Source: Octopus sinensis
Taxonomy: Eukaryota
Direction: 5' to 3'
Assembly (NCBI RefSeq): GCF_006345805.1
Contig: NC_042997.1
Span: 94,860,001-94,924,000 of the forward strand
Length of the DNA: 64,000 nt
Shown in pieces: positions 26,043-38,489 of the stretch (positions are counted from its first letter, which is position 1; each line of letters starts with the position of its first letter). The position numbers and the translations under genes are program-made. The notes beneath the pieces were generated by a model. The model was not told the origin of the DNA. It made no database searches and saw nothing but the letters and a program-made list of their open reading frames with translations.

Positions 26043-26144
26043 TTATTTACATTATTTAAATTTGACGGATATTTGTCCTCATCTTGTGGAACCAAGAAGA
26101 AGAAACGATGAAAGTCGATCGCGGCGGAATTTATAAGTGAATTT

Positions 26145-27600
26145 ACAGCAAAGAAAAGAAAGACCCAACTCTGAAAACAGAGAGGAAGTTGTCACAGATC
26201 TTGATCAAGAACAAGGTTCACGTTACACAAGTGAAGTACAGACAACTGACTCAACACTACAGTAAACTACCACACATGTACGGTCTACCTAATATTCACA
26301 AGGTTGGTATTCCATTAAGACCTATAGTGAGCTGTAGAGGTTCAGCATGTCATCCACTGAGCCACTTCCTTGTCCATTAGTAGAAAAGTCAACATCATAT
26401 GTGAATAATTCCACCCACTTCACAGAATTGATCAAATACACCTCCCCATTGGATCCAACCAGATGTAGGGTCTAGATATGATAAGTCTGTTCACCAGAGT
26501 CCCAACTGGTGAAGCACTATCGGGGATTCAAGAGAAACTGGTGTCAGACACCCATCTACAAGAACGCACTAGTATACCAATAAGAAACTTGATGGAAACT
26601 TGACCTTCTATGTAGAAACTACCTACTTCAGTATGGACACTGATATATATCGACAAGAAGAGGGTTTGCCTATGGGTTCGCCATTATCACCGATAATACC
26701 CAATATATACATGGAATACTTTGAGAATTTGGCTTTAGAATCAACACCACTAAAACCAACCCTATGGCTGCGATATGTTGATGACACTTTTATACTGTGA
26801 CCCCACCAGGAAGATATCCAAGCGCTGTTAGATCATGTGAACTCAATACAGCCATCCATACAGTTCACAATGGAAAAAGAAAAAGACAATCAATTAGCAT
26901 TCCTCGACGTATTAATAACACGCACCAACTATGGATTCAGGACACCCGTATACCGCAAGTCGCCCTTCCCTGAACGATATCTTAACTTCAATTTCCACCA
27001 TCCATACAGTATAAAGAGAGGGATTGCTCAGTGCCTAAAATATCGAGCAAAAGATATAAGTTCCGATCGTGATACCCACCACAAAGAAATGATCAAGCTC
27101 AGTAACAATCTATTAAGAAACAACTACCCCAATTATGAAGAATCCTCTCCAATTCTGAAGAAAAGAGACGATGAAACCAATAAACTGTCCACAGTCTGTC
27201 TACTCTATGTGAAAGACCATTCCGAGAAAGTACAAATGATATTCGGCCCATATGACATCAGGACGGTATTCAAGAGTAATACAACACGTCACACATATCT
27301 CCTTCGAGTAAAACGACCAATAGCCGAGAATATGACCAAATATTGCGTGTACTCCATCTCATGCAGTTGTGGTAGGTTATACAAAAGCCAAACATGCTGC
27401 CCCCTCAAAATAAGGGTAGAGGAACATCGTAAAGCTGTGACACGAAGAGATATTGATAAATCGGTTATAGCTGATCATGTATGGAAAAATGGAGACCACC
27501 TCCCACTGTGGGATGAAGTTAAAATATTAGAGAATACCACTGGAAAACACGAAAACTAAAAGAAGCAGCACATATGCTAGGACACAACAACCTACTAAGT
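26145..27600 (+). pseudogene. PLE reverse transcriptase + GIY-YIG endonuclease, broken by stops and frameshifts
   Basis: ORF pieces MYGLPNIHKVGIPLRPIVS, GLPMGSPLSPIIPNIYMEYFE, LWLRYVDDTF, QFTMEKEKDNQLAFLDVLITR, HHPYSIKRGI and CVYSISCSCGRLYKSQT…KIRVEEHRKAV are PLE RT, thumb and GIY-YIG signatures. Confidence 0.92.
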
Positions 27601-27805
27601 AGACCGAGTGCAAATATGAATAGCATATGGGAAGGACATGAAAATATTAGATTTATAAGCTCTAAAATTCACTCCTTAATTGCCCAAGGGCATACAGCGT
27701 AGTGGTTAAGAGCGCGAGCTTACCCCAAGATTCCAGACAGTGACCTGAATAATAATAATAACAACAACAACATCAAAAAATACCTTAGGTTCGAAGTTTC
27801 CCCAA

Positions 27806-27851
27806 GACACCTGATGAAAGCTGGAGATTATATCAGCCGAAACGTTGTGTT
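27806..27851 (+). ncRNA. Minimal type I hammerhead ribozyme motif in the PLE terminal repeat
   Basis: gacac-CTGATGA-a-agctg(gagattatat)cagcc-GAAA-CGT-T-gtgtt. Stem I is GACAC/GTGTT, stem II has one closing mismatch, and stem III is the palindromic ACGU. Confidence 0.75.
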
Positions 27852-29706
27852 ATTAACAAAGAAGATGAGGACAAATATCCGTCAAATGTAAATAATGTAC
27901 ATAATTCCTCATCTCTTAAAAATAGAACTGTATTAAAATAAGTACCGATTGAATCGGTGTAATCGACTTATCCCTGCTGGCTTCGTGCTAAAATTAGATA
28001 TTTGTATAGCAAATTCCCACCGTAAGCATAATTTCCTAACTTGAGTGGAGATTTGTACTCCATTAATTGTAACGTAGTACTTGATTATAGGTCCTCAATT
28101 AGAGTCGTTGGAGCGCTGTATAAGTTTGTTTTGTGATAATCATTTGATTTTCTTATGATCAATTCTCACAGAGGTCAAACTTAATTTCAATGATTTCGTG
28201 TTCGATAAATAAAGGACTGATATAGCGTCGATTTCTCTTTTTCTCACATTTTTTCTCTCTCTCTCTCTCTCTTTCTGGAAGAAATCGGTTGTGGCCAGAT
28301 CCAGGGAGGAATAACCTCTGCTTAGGCTAAATATTACCCAGTGCACAGCGTATGGTCATCATGAGACCCTTACGATCCCATTAAGGAATTGAAGGCCCAA
28401 AGCAAGGCAAGTAATGATCATTATCTATTTTATTGATCCTAGAAATGTGCAAGGCGAATTTAACACGACATAATGTTGAGTATCGAAATACATTGTGACC
28501 ACCGCTTTATTTATTCTGCAAATGAACGCCAACAGCAATAACAAGAACAATAAGAAAAGCATCGAAGAAGAGGAAACATATACACAGTGAATCTCTTGGC
28601 TAGAAATAGCAGCCAAACGTTTCCCAAACCACTTTATTGTATTAAATGAAAAATATATTACTTCATACCTTTAAAAGTACAGTTGTCGTAGCAGGAGCAT
28701 CACCGTTCATTCGTGTGCTCCGTCAGAGCTTATTTTTAGCAAAGCAACAACTCCAATGATTAAAAGAAGAAAAAGAATATTATTTAAAAAAAAAATTGTT
28801 TTTAATGACCGCATGGGGAAATGACGAAAATGCACGAACACACTCTTATGAAGAAACAATAAACATTTGGAACTAAACGTATGCTCCATACAATATTAAT
28901 ACAATTACAATAACACGTACAAAGAATGACTACAAAGAAGCATATGGAGATGCACTTATTAAAGTATTAACAGCACAAAATAATAGGGACGATTCTTATA
29001 ACTGTATCAGTATTGTCATACAGGCAAAAGGCTACAAACTACTGAGGTCGGGGAGTACTGATTAACCATATATGATTAGTGCTTATTCTTAATTTACTGA
29101 TTCATGTGATATTATGACGAAGATAACTAGTTGGAATGTGAGAGAAAATTCAATCACAGTACACACTACAAGTGTTCTGTCTAACGCTCTTCCATTTCTA
29201 CTGTTCCATCTCCGTCTGCTATCTCTTCATAATAAGCTGAATAATTACCTATAAACTTTTAAATTACCTGAAACAATGACTACAATTAGGTGTCTTAGTA
29301 TATGGGTATTAATATCATAATAGTTTAATTGTATGTGACACTTGAAACTTGGAAGTCTTAGAAATACATATTCTCGTATGGATATTTATTTTTATATGTG
29401 TACTTAAAATTGTTGCTTTCACTCTATTTAGAGGTGACACCTTACACACGTTTTGATTTATTGATATATTCAAGAGCGTCTGCAAAATTTTATTCATATT
29501 ATATTTCATTCATATTATATTACTCGACTAATTTTATCGACTTCGAAGAGTTGATCGCTGTCGTTTTTAAATTCAGAATCTAAAGGGTTACAAGTATATG
29601 ATCCAAAACATTTTATCCGATAAGCTAAGCATTTTGCCACTCCACTTACAGCAATGGTAATGAAGTCTGTGTAACAAAATGCGGTTATATTCGTAAATAT
29701 CCATTT

Positions 29707-29925
29707 AGCAGCGAGCTGGCAGAACCGTTAGTACACCGGGAGAAATGCTTAGCGGCATTTCGTCCGTCCTCGCGTTCTGAATTCATATTCCACCGAGGTC
29801 TACATTGCTTTTCATCCTTTCAGGGTCGGTAAAGTAAGTGTCAGATGAATACTGGGGTTGATGTAATCGAACTATCGCCTCGCTCAAAATTGCTGGCCTT
29901 GTGCCAAAATGTGAAACCAATATTC
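29707..29925 (+). mobile_element. SINE family A variant
   Basis: gcagcgagctggcagaaccgttag…gcttttcatcctttcagggtcggtaaagtaag…gctggccttgtgccaaaat. Confidence 0.8.
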
Positions 29926-30073
29926 ATAAGTTTTGTCACATTATTATAAGTATCAGACTACTTCAAAGTGGTTTCAAGGAATGATGTTGATTTAAGACGA
30001 TGATGATGAAAATAATGAAGGTAATCACTGCACAGCAAAGAAGATTTAAAACTCTTCAGGTGACGCCTCTTCT

Positions 30074-31596
30074 TCAAGTGTTTAAGAGGATATCGTATCT
30101 TCGTATCTTCTCATCTTCCTCTGGATCCAGCGCTTCCTCATCCTCTTCGCTGGCACACTTCATTAACTCCAACAAATCTTCGTCTGTCAGGGTTTCATAG
30201 AGGGCGACGATGAGGTAGTTGACGTCATCTTGCGTGATGTCATCAAAACCTTTGCTACCATGTACCTTTGCCATTTGCACCACATTGTTGATAGCCTCGT
30301 AGTGAATATCTTCAGGTGAGAAGCCCCCGTAGTTCTGGACACACTCTGGCCACACCTTCGTCCAGCATGCGATAAAGGTTTCTTTTTCCATGTCTTTAAG
30401 AGCACCGTGGATGACTGACAGGCACGTTGCGATCGTGAAGTTTCGCCAGTACACCTTTAACTTGAAATTCTCGTACGAATCCATTGCATCCACGAAATGC
30501 TGGAGATAGTTCCGAGTGCAAAGTGTCTTGAAGGCACGGATCACGCCTTGATCCATAGCCTGGATGAGGGAGGTGGTGTTGGCAAGGAGGAAATCGACTT
30601 GGACTCGTTCGTGATTCAAATCCAAAAAGTGAGTAAAAACAATATCCATAACAAGCAACCCCTTGAATTCCATGCATACGTTTTGGAGGTATTCCCTGGC
30701 TTGAGGGATGAAGCATTGGTGGAACCAATTCAAAGTTAGACTTTTGGTAATCCAGGCCTTGGTGTTGTGCATCCAGTGGACAGGCAGCAGGTTTTTAGTA
30801 TTATTTTTGAAGACTCTCTGGTTCGCGGATTTATAGATAAGTCCTGGTTTCATGATGAAGCCAGCAGTATTGCCACACGTAATTAGCGTCACTTTAACCT
30901 TCTGTGCCTTACATCCTAGGGCTCTGGCTTCGTGCTTTATGATGTACGTTCTGGAAGGCATCTCTTTCCAGAACAAGCCAGTCTCGTTCATATTGAAAAC
31001 CTGTTCCGGCTTGTATCCTTTGTCTTTGATGATCTGCCTGAAGGTTTCGTGTTACTTCTCGGCGGATTCTTTGTTTGCTGATGCTGTCCTTCCATGAAGG
31101 GAAACACATTTTATTTTAAATCATTTGTGGAAACGGTCAAACCTTACCTTGCTGGCTTGAAAATCATCGGGCTCCGGTGCTGTCAATGCTCTTGGTTGCA
31201 GTTCTTCGGTACCTTCTGCTCCGTCTCTTCTGTCGAACTGCTGGTATAATTCCCGCGCTTTCTTGCAGATGATGTTACCTCTCAAGCGGATATTTTTCTT
31301 CTTGCAGACACTGATCCACAATGTCAAGGCAGATTCCATCCTAACGAAGTGCTTATTTCTCACTATCATTATCTTTTTGGAACTTTCACAGAAGTTTATT
31401 CTAAGGTAGTCCCCGTTCTTTTTTATGTTGCGTATGGTGCTTCGTTGACAACATAACAGCGAGCTACTGCAACATAACGTGTACCTTCCAAGAACATATC
31501 CACCAGTTGTGCCTTCTCATAGAGCGTCATAACATTCTACTAGCGTTTAGGTTTACTGCTAGAAGTTTTAGAAGGTGTATGGCTTTCGGGTGGCAT
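30074..31596 (-). pseudogene. Tigger/pogo transposase (CENP-B-type HTH + DDE_1), disrupted
   Basis: ATG at 31596 (MPPESHTPSK…), MTLYEKAQLVDM, HTH piece MESALTLWI…IICKKARELY…FQASKVRFDRF, and a 305-aa ORF with NETGLFWK, LLVMD and TSLIQAMDQGVIRAFK (30 residues between the last two Asp). Stops and frameshifts are present, and the first catalytic Asp is Asn. Confidence 0.9.
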
Positions 31597-32288
31597 CTTA
31601 GCGCTTTAATAACACGCTGCGAAAAACATAGCACTCGAAAAAATACTCGAGATAGCTACTGGACGCAGTCCCCAAACCCCCAAAAGACCCTACAAAATCT
31701 TCCTTTTCTCTAATACGCGCATACCACTGATGGGAGATTGAGCAGAGATTATAAATAATCATGGTTTTGAAAAACTTAGTTTGTGTTACCACTAGATACA
31801 GTAATCTATAATATCTGTAATATAATGATTGAAGAAGTACGGAACTGTGTCCAATTTATTATTTCTTCTTCCAATATTATTAAAAAATATCATATTCCTT
31901 TGAAGGAATTATAAAGGGATATTGAAATATTTTAAACTATAAAGTTTATTTAAGCTCTAAAGTTTATTTAAACTATAAAGTTTATTTGTTAAACATAAAT
32001 TATAATGCTTAATATTACAAGATTCGGTTCTGTTTTAAATGTCAACTTACGTTTGAATTTCATATGTAAACAAATAGATTTTCATCGCGTTCGTAAAAAA
32101 TGTAAACAATTGCAGCGTGAAAGATATTTGTAAGTGACAAAAACCTTTAGTTTTGTTTAAACAATTAAATTTCATTTGTGGCATAATATTTCCGTTGCTT
32201 TGTAACCGCAACGTGTTCTGACAAAACTTCACCAAGCCACTTGCTAAGCATGTACATCTCCGTAAAAAGTGTAATAAAGCAGGAAAAT

Positions 32289-32291
32289 ATC

Positions 32292-32322
<31 letters not shown>

Positions 32323-32329
32323 CTATCTA

Positions 32330-32383
<54 letters not shown>

Positions 32384-32420
32384 CCAACCCATCTATCTAT
32401 CTATCTATCTATCTATCTAA
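32289..32420. repeat. (TCTA)n microsatellite
   Basis: Seen directly. Confidence 0.95.
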
Positions 32421-32681
32421 CTATAATATAATTATTGAATAAGTGCGGGACTGTGTCCAGTTTTTTAAAAAAATCATTACTTTGAAGACATTTTAAATGA
32501 ATATTAATCATGGGCTATTTTACGGATTACAGAATAAACTATAACCGAGTCATTGTTCAATTCCAGGTGCATATTGTCAATTTACTATATCATATCTATA
32601 TGTGCATATAATATCAATATGTGCAATACATATGACAGGAGAAAACCGCCCGGAGGGCATTTTTCTGTTGGTAGTGATAAG

Positions 32682-32714
32682 AGAGAGAGAGAGAGAGAAA
32701 GAGAGAGAAAAAGA

Positions 32715-32792
<78 letters not shown>
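32682..32792. repeat. (GA)n microsatellite
   Basis: Seen directly. Confidence 0.95.
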
Positions 32793-32796
<4 letters not shown>

Positions 32797-33004
32797 GAGG
32801 TACCAACTAACCTAATTTCAATGAAGGTTAAAAATTATCCTGTTGAAATAAACAATGTGTATAATCAAACGTAGCGATGATTTCTTAAAAAAGCGCTGGT
32901 ATAAAATTAACGTTCAGTCTCTTGTATATATCTTTGATCTGTCATCGCTAGCTCAAGTAATACTGGTGCGATACAGTGTGTGTGCATATATATATTCACC
33001 ATGA

Positions 33005-33198
33005 TAGATCGGTAGCCACTACACACATTTATTCTCTCCTTGTTTCTCTCCATGTTTTTTTTTCTGCGTCCCTTTCCGTAGAAGATCGTAGGCTCGAAAC
33101 GTAAAAGGCTTTTTCAATTCCTGAGCGTTATACTAATACATCTGTTTGTTTTCTACACCACCTGTCTTCGTCTATTGTTTTTTTCGTGAACTCTCCCT

Positions 33199-33200
<2 letters not shown>
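33005..33200 (+). mobile_element. Short hammerhead-bearing repeat (family Y); motif at 33071-33108
   Basis: ccttt-CCGTAGA-a-gatc(gtag)gctc-GAAACGT-a-aaagg with a perfect 5-bp stem I. Homologous to 9165-9330 and ends in (TA)n. Confidence 0.65.
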
Positions 33201-33235
<35 letters not shown>

Positions 33236-33729
33236 TATATACTTCCTCTAAATTTGAGGTTGTTGTTGAGAGACAAATACAACGAGAGTGGATGGGATAG
33301 TGTGTATGTGTGAAATATAGATAGATGTCGCTATACTACTTAGCAAGCTTTGATTCAAAGCAGGAAGAAGAGGCACAAGGTACAGTTTACTTGTATCTAA
33401 AATAATCAAGCGACGTGATGTGCGGCTATTCTAATCAGAAGGAGCTTCAACTGCGAATGGGCGTCAAGTAAGCCGGCAAATAGGGTATATTGTTATTTAT
33501 AATTTAGCCTTAAAAAGGGTGGAAAAATATATATTGCCACGACAAAAGCCATAAAAAATCAAGGACGAGGTTTACGATTCTGCGAATATGCGGTGATTTC
33601 CGCGAACATTTATTAATTCCGCGAATAACCGGGATCGCGAATGCCAAACCGCGGATAAGCGAGGGTAGACTGTATATATACATATATGCGTGTGTTTGTC
33701 TGTATTGTGTGTGTGTGTATATATATATA

Positions 33730-34089
33730 TATTCTTTTACTCGTTTCAGTCATTTGACTCCAGCCATCCTGAAGGACCGCCTTTAATCGAACAAATTGAC
33801 CCCAGGACTTATTCTTTTTATGCTTAGTACTTATTCAACCGGTCTTTTGCCAAACCGCTAAGTTACGGGGATGTAAGCACACCAACATCGGTTGTCAAGT
33901 TGTGGTGGGGAACAAACTCATACACACATATTAATACACAAACACAGATACATATATGACGGGCTTCTTTCAGTTTCCGTCCACCAAATCCACTCACAAG
34001 ACGTGGGGCAGCTGGAGGCTATAGTAGAAGACACTTGCCCAATGTGCCATACAATGGGACTGAAGCAGGAATCATGTAGTTGGAAAGCA

Positions 34090-34090
<1 letters not shown>
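33730..34090 (-). mobile_element. SINE family B, head truncated by (TA)n
   Basis: Family B blocks from ttactcgtttcagtcatttgac to ccatgtagttggaaagcaa. Confidence 0.85.
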
Positions 34091-34124
<34 letters not shown>

Positions 34125-34949
34125 CATTGGGCAAGTGTCTTCTACTATAGCCTCCAGCTGCCCCACGTCTATATATATATATACGCACACACTCACATAC
34201 ATTGATTACAAATTTGCAAAGTTTGGCATACGGCCAGCAATTTCGTGGGAGGAAATAATCCGATGACATCGTCCCCATTGATCAACTGGTACTCATTTTA
34301 TCGATTCACAAAGGAACTGGAATATCCACCTCACATCACACTCTGTTGTTTTAGAAATAAATAGGACGTTATTAATCTTGTATCCGAGAAATTTTCGGTG
34401 TTTAGGATGGCCAAATCAATTACACCGATTGCTATGAATAATTGTTCACGTATTATCGTGCAACACGAGTTAGAATTAATTTGCAATAGTTCTAATTTCA
34501 TGTGAAGCCAATAAGCTGGGAACAACATTGCAGTTCCCCCGTGAATAACTTATGACGAACTGGCAATTGAATATGACGAATAAAGAACTTAATATGTCTT
34601 GGCAAATATTCCAATCATATTGCAAAAATCTAACTATTACTTTAATAACGGGAGAAAAATAATTAATTTCAATAATAATGACTATAAGTAATAGCTGAAG
34701 TCTAAGCGCGATAGATGTCAGAATTGGTTAAGCGCTAGCTGAAATATCTAGTAATTTCCATCCAAGCGACATTCTTCTCCGACCGTTATCTACGGGAGGG
34801 TTGTGAGCGTAGGGTAAACGGACAGCTCCTAACCGAAGCAACTGTTGATGCAATCATCATTAGAATTCCTGACTAAATTCCTTAGCGTGATCAACGGACA
34901 TTACGGATGTTATTCAACCATCTCGTTCTTGTTCTACCACTTGGTCCCC

Positions 34950-35036
34950 TACCGATTGGCGCGGCTTGAAGAATACGTATTGCGCCTTTTACCTGTGATA
35001 TTCTAGTCACATATCAGTGGTATGGAAGCTGTAAGT
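34950..35036 (+). promoter_or_regulatory. Candidate Pol II core promoter and short first exon
   Basis: Reverse CCAAT box (ccgATTGGcg, 34955-34959), Inr-like TCAGT (35014-35018), and ATG GAA GCT followed by a GTAAGT donor at 35031, in a repeat-free, CpG-richer island. All motifs are short and could occur by chance. Confidence 0.3.
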
Positions 35037-35864
35037 TATCAAAGCGGAGAAATTGCGACTCGACCTGGAAAGTCTGTCTCATCTCCGAGCTATTCACCTT
35101 GCTGAGTAACGAAACTTCAGGTTCTTTCTTAGGAACTCCCTTTCAGCCATTTGGAAATTTAACAAGTAAAAGCTATATACAAAACAAAATACCGGAGATA
35201 GTCTGCGTCGGTAAAATAATGCAGCTCTGTAAGTTCGTGAGTTTGGAAACCTGAAAATGCAGTGAGAAAACGTCTCAGGTTGAATCTGTGAGAGAAAGAA
35301 TAGTATTCTATTTTTTGAAGAAACGAAGAGTATTTCTGTTAGTGTAAGGCTGAGTCCTGAACTGTTTGATGCCTCATCTGCTCAATCTGGATTTTAGACT
35401 TACTCACCAAACATCCTTTAATAATTAGTTAGTAAAAGACGTTGAGTAGGTAGAATGGTTAGCACGCCACGCCAAATGCTTGGCGGCATTACGTCCCTCT
35501 TTTCCTTCTCAGCTCAAATTTCGCCGATGTCGCCTTTGCATTTATAACTTACCTAAGCACATCCGATTCTCGTTCCTGTTATCCTCTCACCACTAAAAGC
35601 ATTTCATTAATGTATGATTCGCATTGACCACTCAATATCCACCCACATCTCTGTCTTACAGAATTCTCTTCACGAAACCATGATTTCGTGACTTCCTGTA
35701 TAAGCTAACATGTTTATTGTGTACCTCATTTGCATCAGTCTTAATAGTCTAAGACGTACAAAATGTCATGACATAAGCTCCACAATGCTGACTTGTTAAA
35801 ATAATATTACTTCCATGTTCGTTCCAATTTCATATCAATCCGGACCGAAATCTACTAGTTTCAT

Positions 35865-35929
<65 letters not shown>

Positions 35930-35936
35930 CTCTCTG

Positions 35937-35964
<28 letters not shown>

Positions 35965-35976
<12 letters not shown>

Positions 35977-36154
35977 TTTATCCATTACAGTCACTTGACT
36001 GTGGCCAAGCTAGAACACATTTTTCAAGGATTTTAGTCGAACAGATAGATTCCACGACATTTTTTATACTTACTATACCGGTCTCTTTGGCCGAATCACT
36101 AATTTACGGAGACGTAAACATAGCAATACCTCTTGTCAAACGGTGATGGTTGGA

Positions 36155-36160
<6 letters not shown>
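35965..36160 (-). mobile_element. SINE family B tail half
   Basis: cagtcacttgactgtggccaagc…ggtctctttggccgaatc…gtcaaacggtgatggttggacacaca. Confidence 0.7.
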
Positions 36161-36197
<37 letters not shown>

Positions 36198-36318
36198 CCA
36201 AGTTATAAAAAAGTAATAATACAGGTCACTTTTATTTCGATGTTCAACATTTTAGGGTAGGATGGCGGTGAGCCGGTAGAAACTTTAGATTAGAAAATAT
36301 TATTTCTACATTTTCAAA

Positions 36319-36765
36319 AGGCGGCGAGGTGGCAGAAAAGGTTAGCACGGCGGGCAAACTTCTTAGCGGTATTTCGTCTGTTTTTATATTCTGAGTTCAC
36401 ATTCCACCGAAGTCGACGTTGACTTTCACCCTTTCGGGGCCGATAAATTAAGTACCAGTTACGTACTAGGTCGATTTAATCGACTGGCCCCTTCCCCGAA
36501 AATTTCGGGCCTTGTGACGAAAAGAATATTTTAGGGTACAGAAAACTGGTGAGCTGGCAAAATCGTAAGCATACCGCGCAAACTTCCTAGCGGCATTTCG
36601 TACGTTTATTCGTTCTGAGTTCAAATTCCACCAAAGTCTACTTTATCTTTGATCTTTTCGGAGTCCAAAAAATATGCACTATTTGATTATTGCGGTTCAC
36701 GTAATCAATTTATCCAGTTCAAAGAAATTGCTGGCTTTGTGCCAAAATGTGAGAAAAATATTTCA
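36319..36765 (+). mobile_element. Two adjacent SINE family A copies
   Basis: Heads at ~36319 and ~36548, each with ctgagttca(c/a)attccacc and the core. Confidence 0.75.
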
Positions 36766-36889
36766 AGTACGTTGCGGAGAATTGGTTATCATAGATGATT
36801 TCTTTGATTGCAGGTAATAGAAATAGCCATCGACATGCAATATTAAATTTTTAGAACTTGCATTGCATACACACATATATATATATATA

Positions 36890-37060
36890 TTACTCTTTTA
36901 TACTTTTACTTGTTTCAGCCATTTGACTGTGGCCATGCTGAAGCACCGCCTTTTGTCGAGCAAATCGACCCCAGGACTTATTCTTTGTAAGCGAACTACT
37001 TATTCTAGAGGTCTCTTTTACCGAACCGCTAATGTTACGGGGACGTGAACACACCAGTGT
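36890..37060 (-). mobile_element. SINE family B tail half
   Basis: ttttacttgtttcagccatttgactgtggccatgctg…gaaccgctaatgttacggggacgtgaacacacc. Confidence 0.85.
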
Positions 37061-37076
37061 ATGTATATATGTATGC

Positions 37077-37138
<62 letters not shown>

Positions 37139-38124
37139 ATATATATATTGCATATGTATATATGCATATATATTTATATATATATATAGAGAGAAATATA
37201 CACACACACATATATATATATACACACACACATGCATATATATATATATATATATATGCATTACATAATTTCTACAAGGAAAATGCAAGGAAGAATTTGG
37301 GAGTTATTTTGATTTAGGCGCCATCGCGTTGTATATTAATAGGGTTTCTGAAATCTTGCATATACCTATTTGGGTTCCTTCTTGTCGGCGGATCAACGAA
37401 CCTGCAAAATAGTTGCTGTTGTGTAATAGTGCATTCGTCGGTTACGCCACGAAACATAGCTATTGAGCTTGATATGGTGGACAGAAATTAATAGTCGTAG
37501 TAGAGGTAGTAGTTGTTGTAGCATAAAGAGAGAAGGAGACTGGTAAATGAGTAAGATATTTTGAGCAAACAATTATGGGGTATGAAATGAGATTATGTAA
37601 ATCCATTTTTTCTGTTCTGACAAATACATCTATGATAGTTTATACGTTTTTTCTTAGCGTTCATTAGAGCATAGATTTAAATACAGATGTTGAAAGCTGG
37701 ATTTCTATTTGAATACAAGTCTCATTCAGTGGTTTGTGTTGGAAGATTTGTTGAATCTTGTTTGCTACATTTTGTGCTGGAATTTAATCTCTCATTGTAA
37801 TATACAATACGATGGCGCCTACATTGTAACTATTAGTTCCTTGAAGCATATATGGAAGTATAGATGCAATATGGTCGATTCGTATAATAGATTAAATCCA
37901 GTTGTTTATGCTAAACGGGTCCCTTTAAACATAACTTTAACTGAATCAGAACTTAGGATCTTAAGTATTGGCTTCGTAAATAATATTGAGGTTGATATAG
38001 TGTCTCTACTGACGTCTGGTTATAACTTGTCTATTGCTGTCAATCTTATCAACGGAAACGGTAGTTTTTGTACAATGACTAAAATTATTATAAGAATATA
38101 GGTGCGTACACACACACACACACA

Positions 38125-38162
<38 letters not shown>

Positions 38163-38454
38163 TATATACACCTATGTGTATGCACGCGCGTGTGTATGCA
38201 TGTATACATCCATCCCATCTATCCATCCATTCAAACGTGTGTGTGTGTGTGTAAACTTTAAATAAATGAATAAATAAATAAATAAATATATAAATCTCTC
38301 TTAGAAAATTAGTTTCGTTTGTTTCTTTCACAGAATTTTTTCAGAGACTTTGACAAAAATTTTGTGTGGAAGAAGGAAATGGAATTAATTTTGAAAGAAT
38401 CATTGTTTTGTATATATACTCTCTGACACTCATATTCACGAACACACAAACATA

Positions 38455-38489
<35 letters not shown>

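Larger units (their letters stand above)
26043..27933 (+). mobile_element. Penelope-like retroelement (PLE), 5'-truncated and decayed
   Basis: RT and GIY-YIG remnants, a short inverted terminal fragment at 26046-26086, a 3' terminal repeat with hammerhead, and a 13-bp TSD with one mismatch (taatataagtacc 26030-26042 / taaaataagtacc 27934-27946). Confidence 0.9.
30040..33672 (-). mobile_element. Tigger/pogo-family DNA transposon; 5' TIR at ~33610-33672, 3' end not found
   Basis: The reverse complement of the right end reads TA-CAGTCTACCCTCGCTTATCCGCGG…, a Tigger-type TIR in the correct orientation for the transposase. That the intervening 31.6-33.5 kb belongs to the same element is inferred. 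Confidence 0.5.

Noticed and set aside
31934-31987. Three 18-bp direct repeats (aaactataaagtttattt)
   Set aside because: No spacers, AT-rich slippage product; not CRISPR-like and no evidence of function.
37709-38101. 130-aa ORF in unique sequence
   Set aside because: No splice context or recognisable domain; AT-rich random-like peptide.
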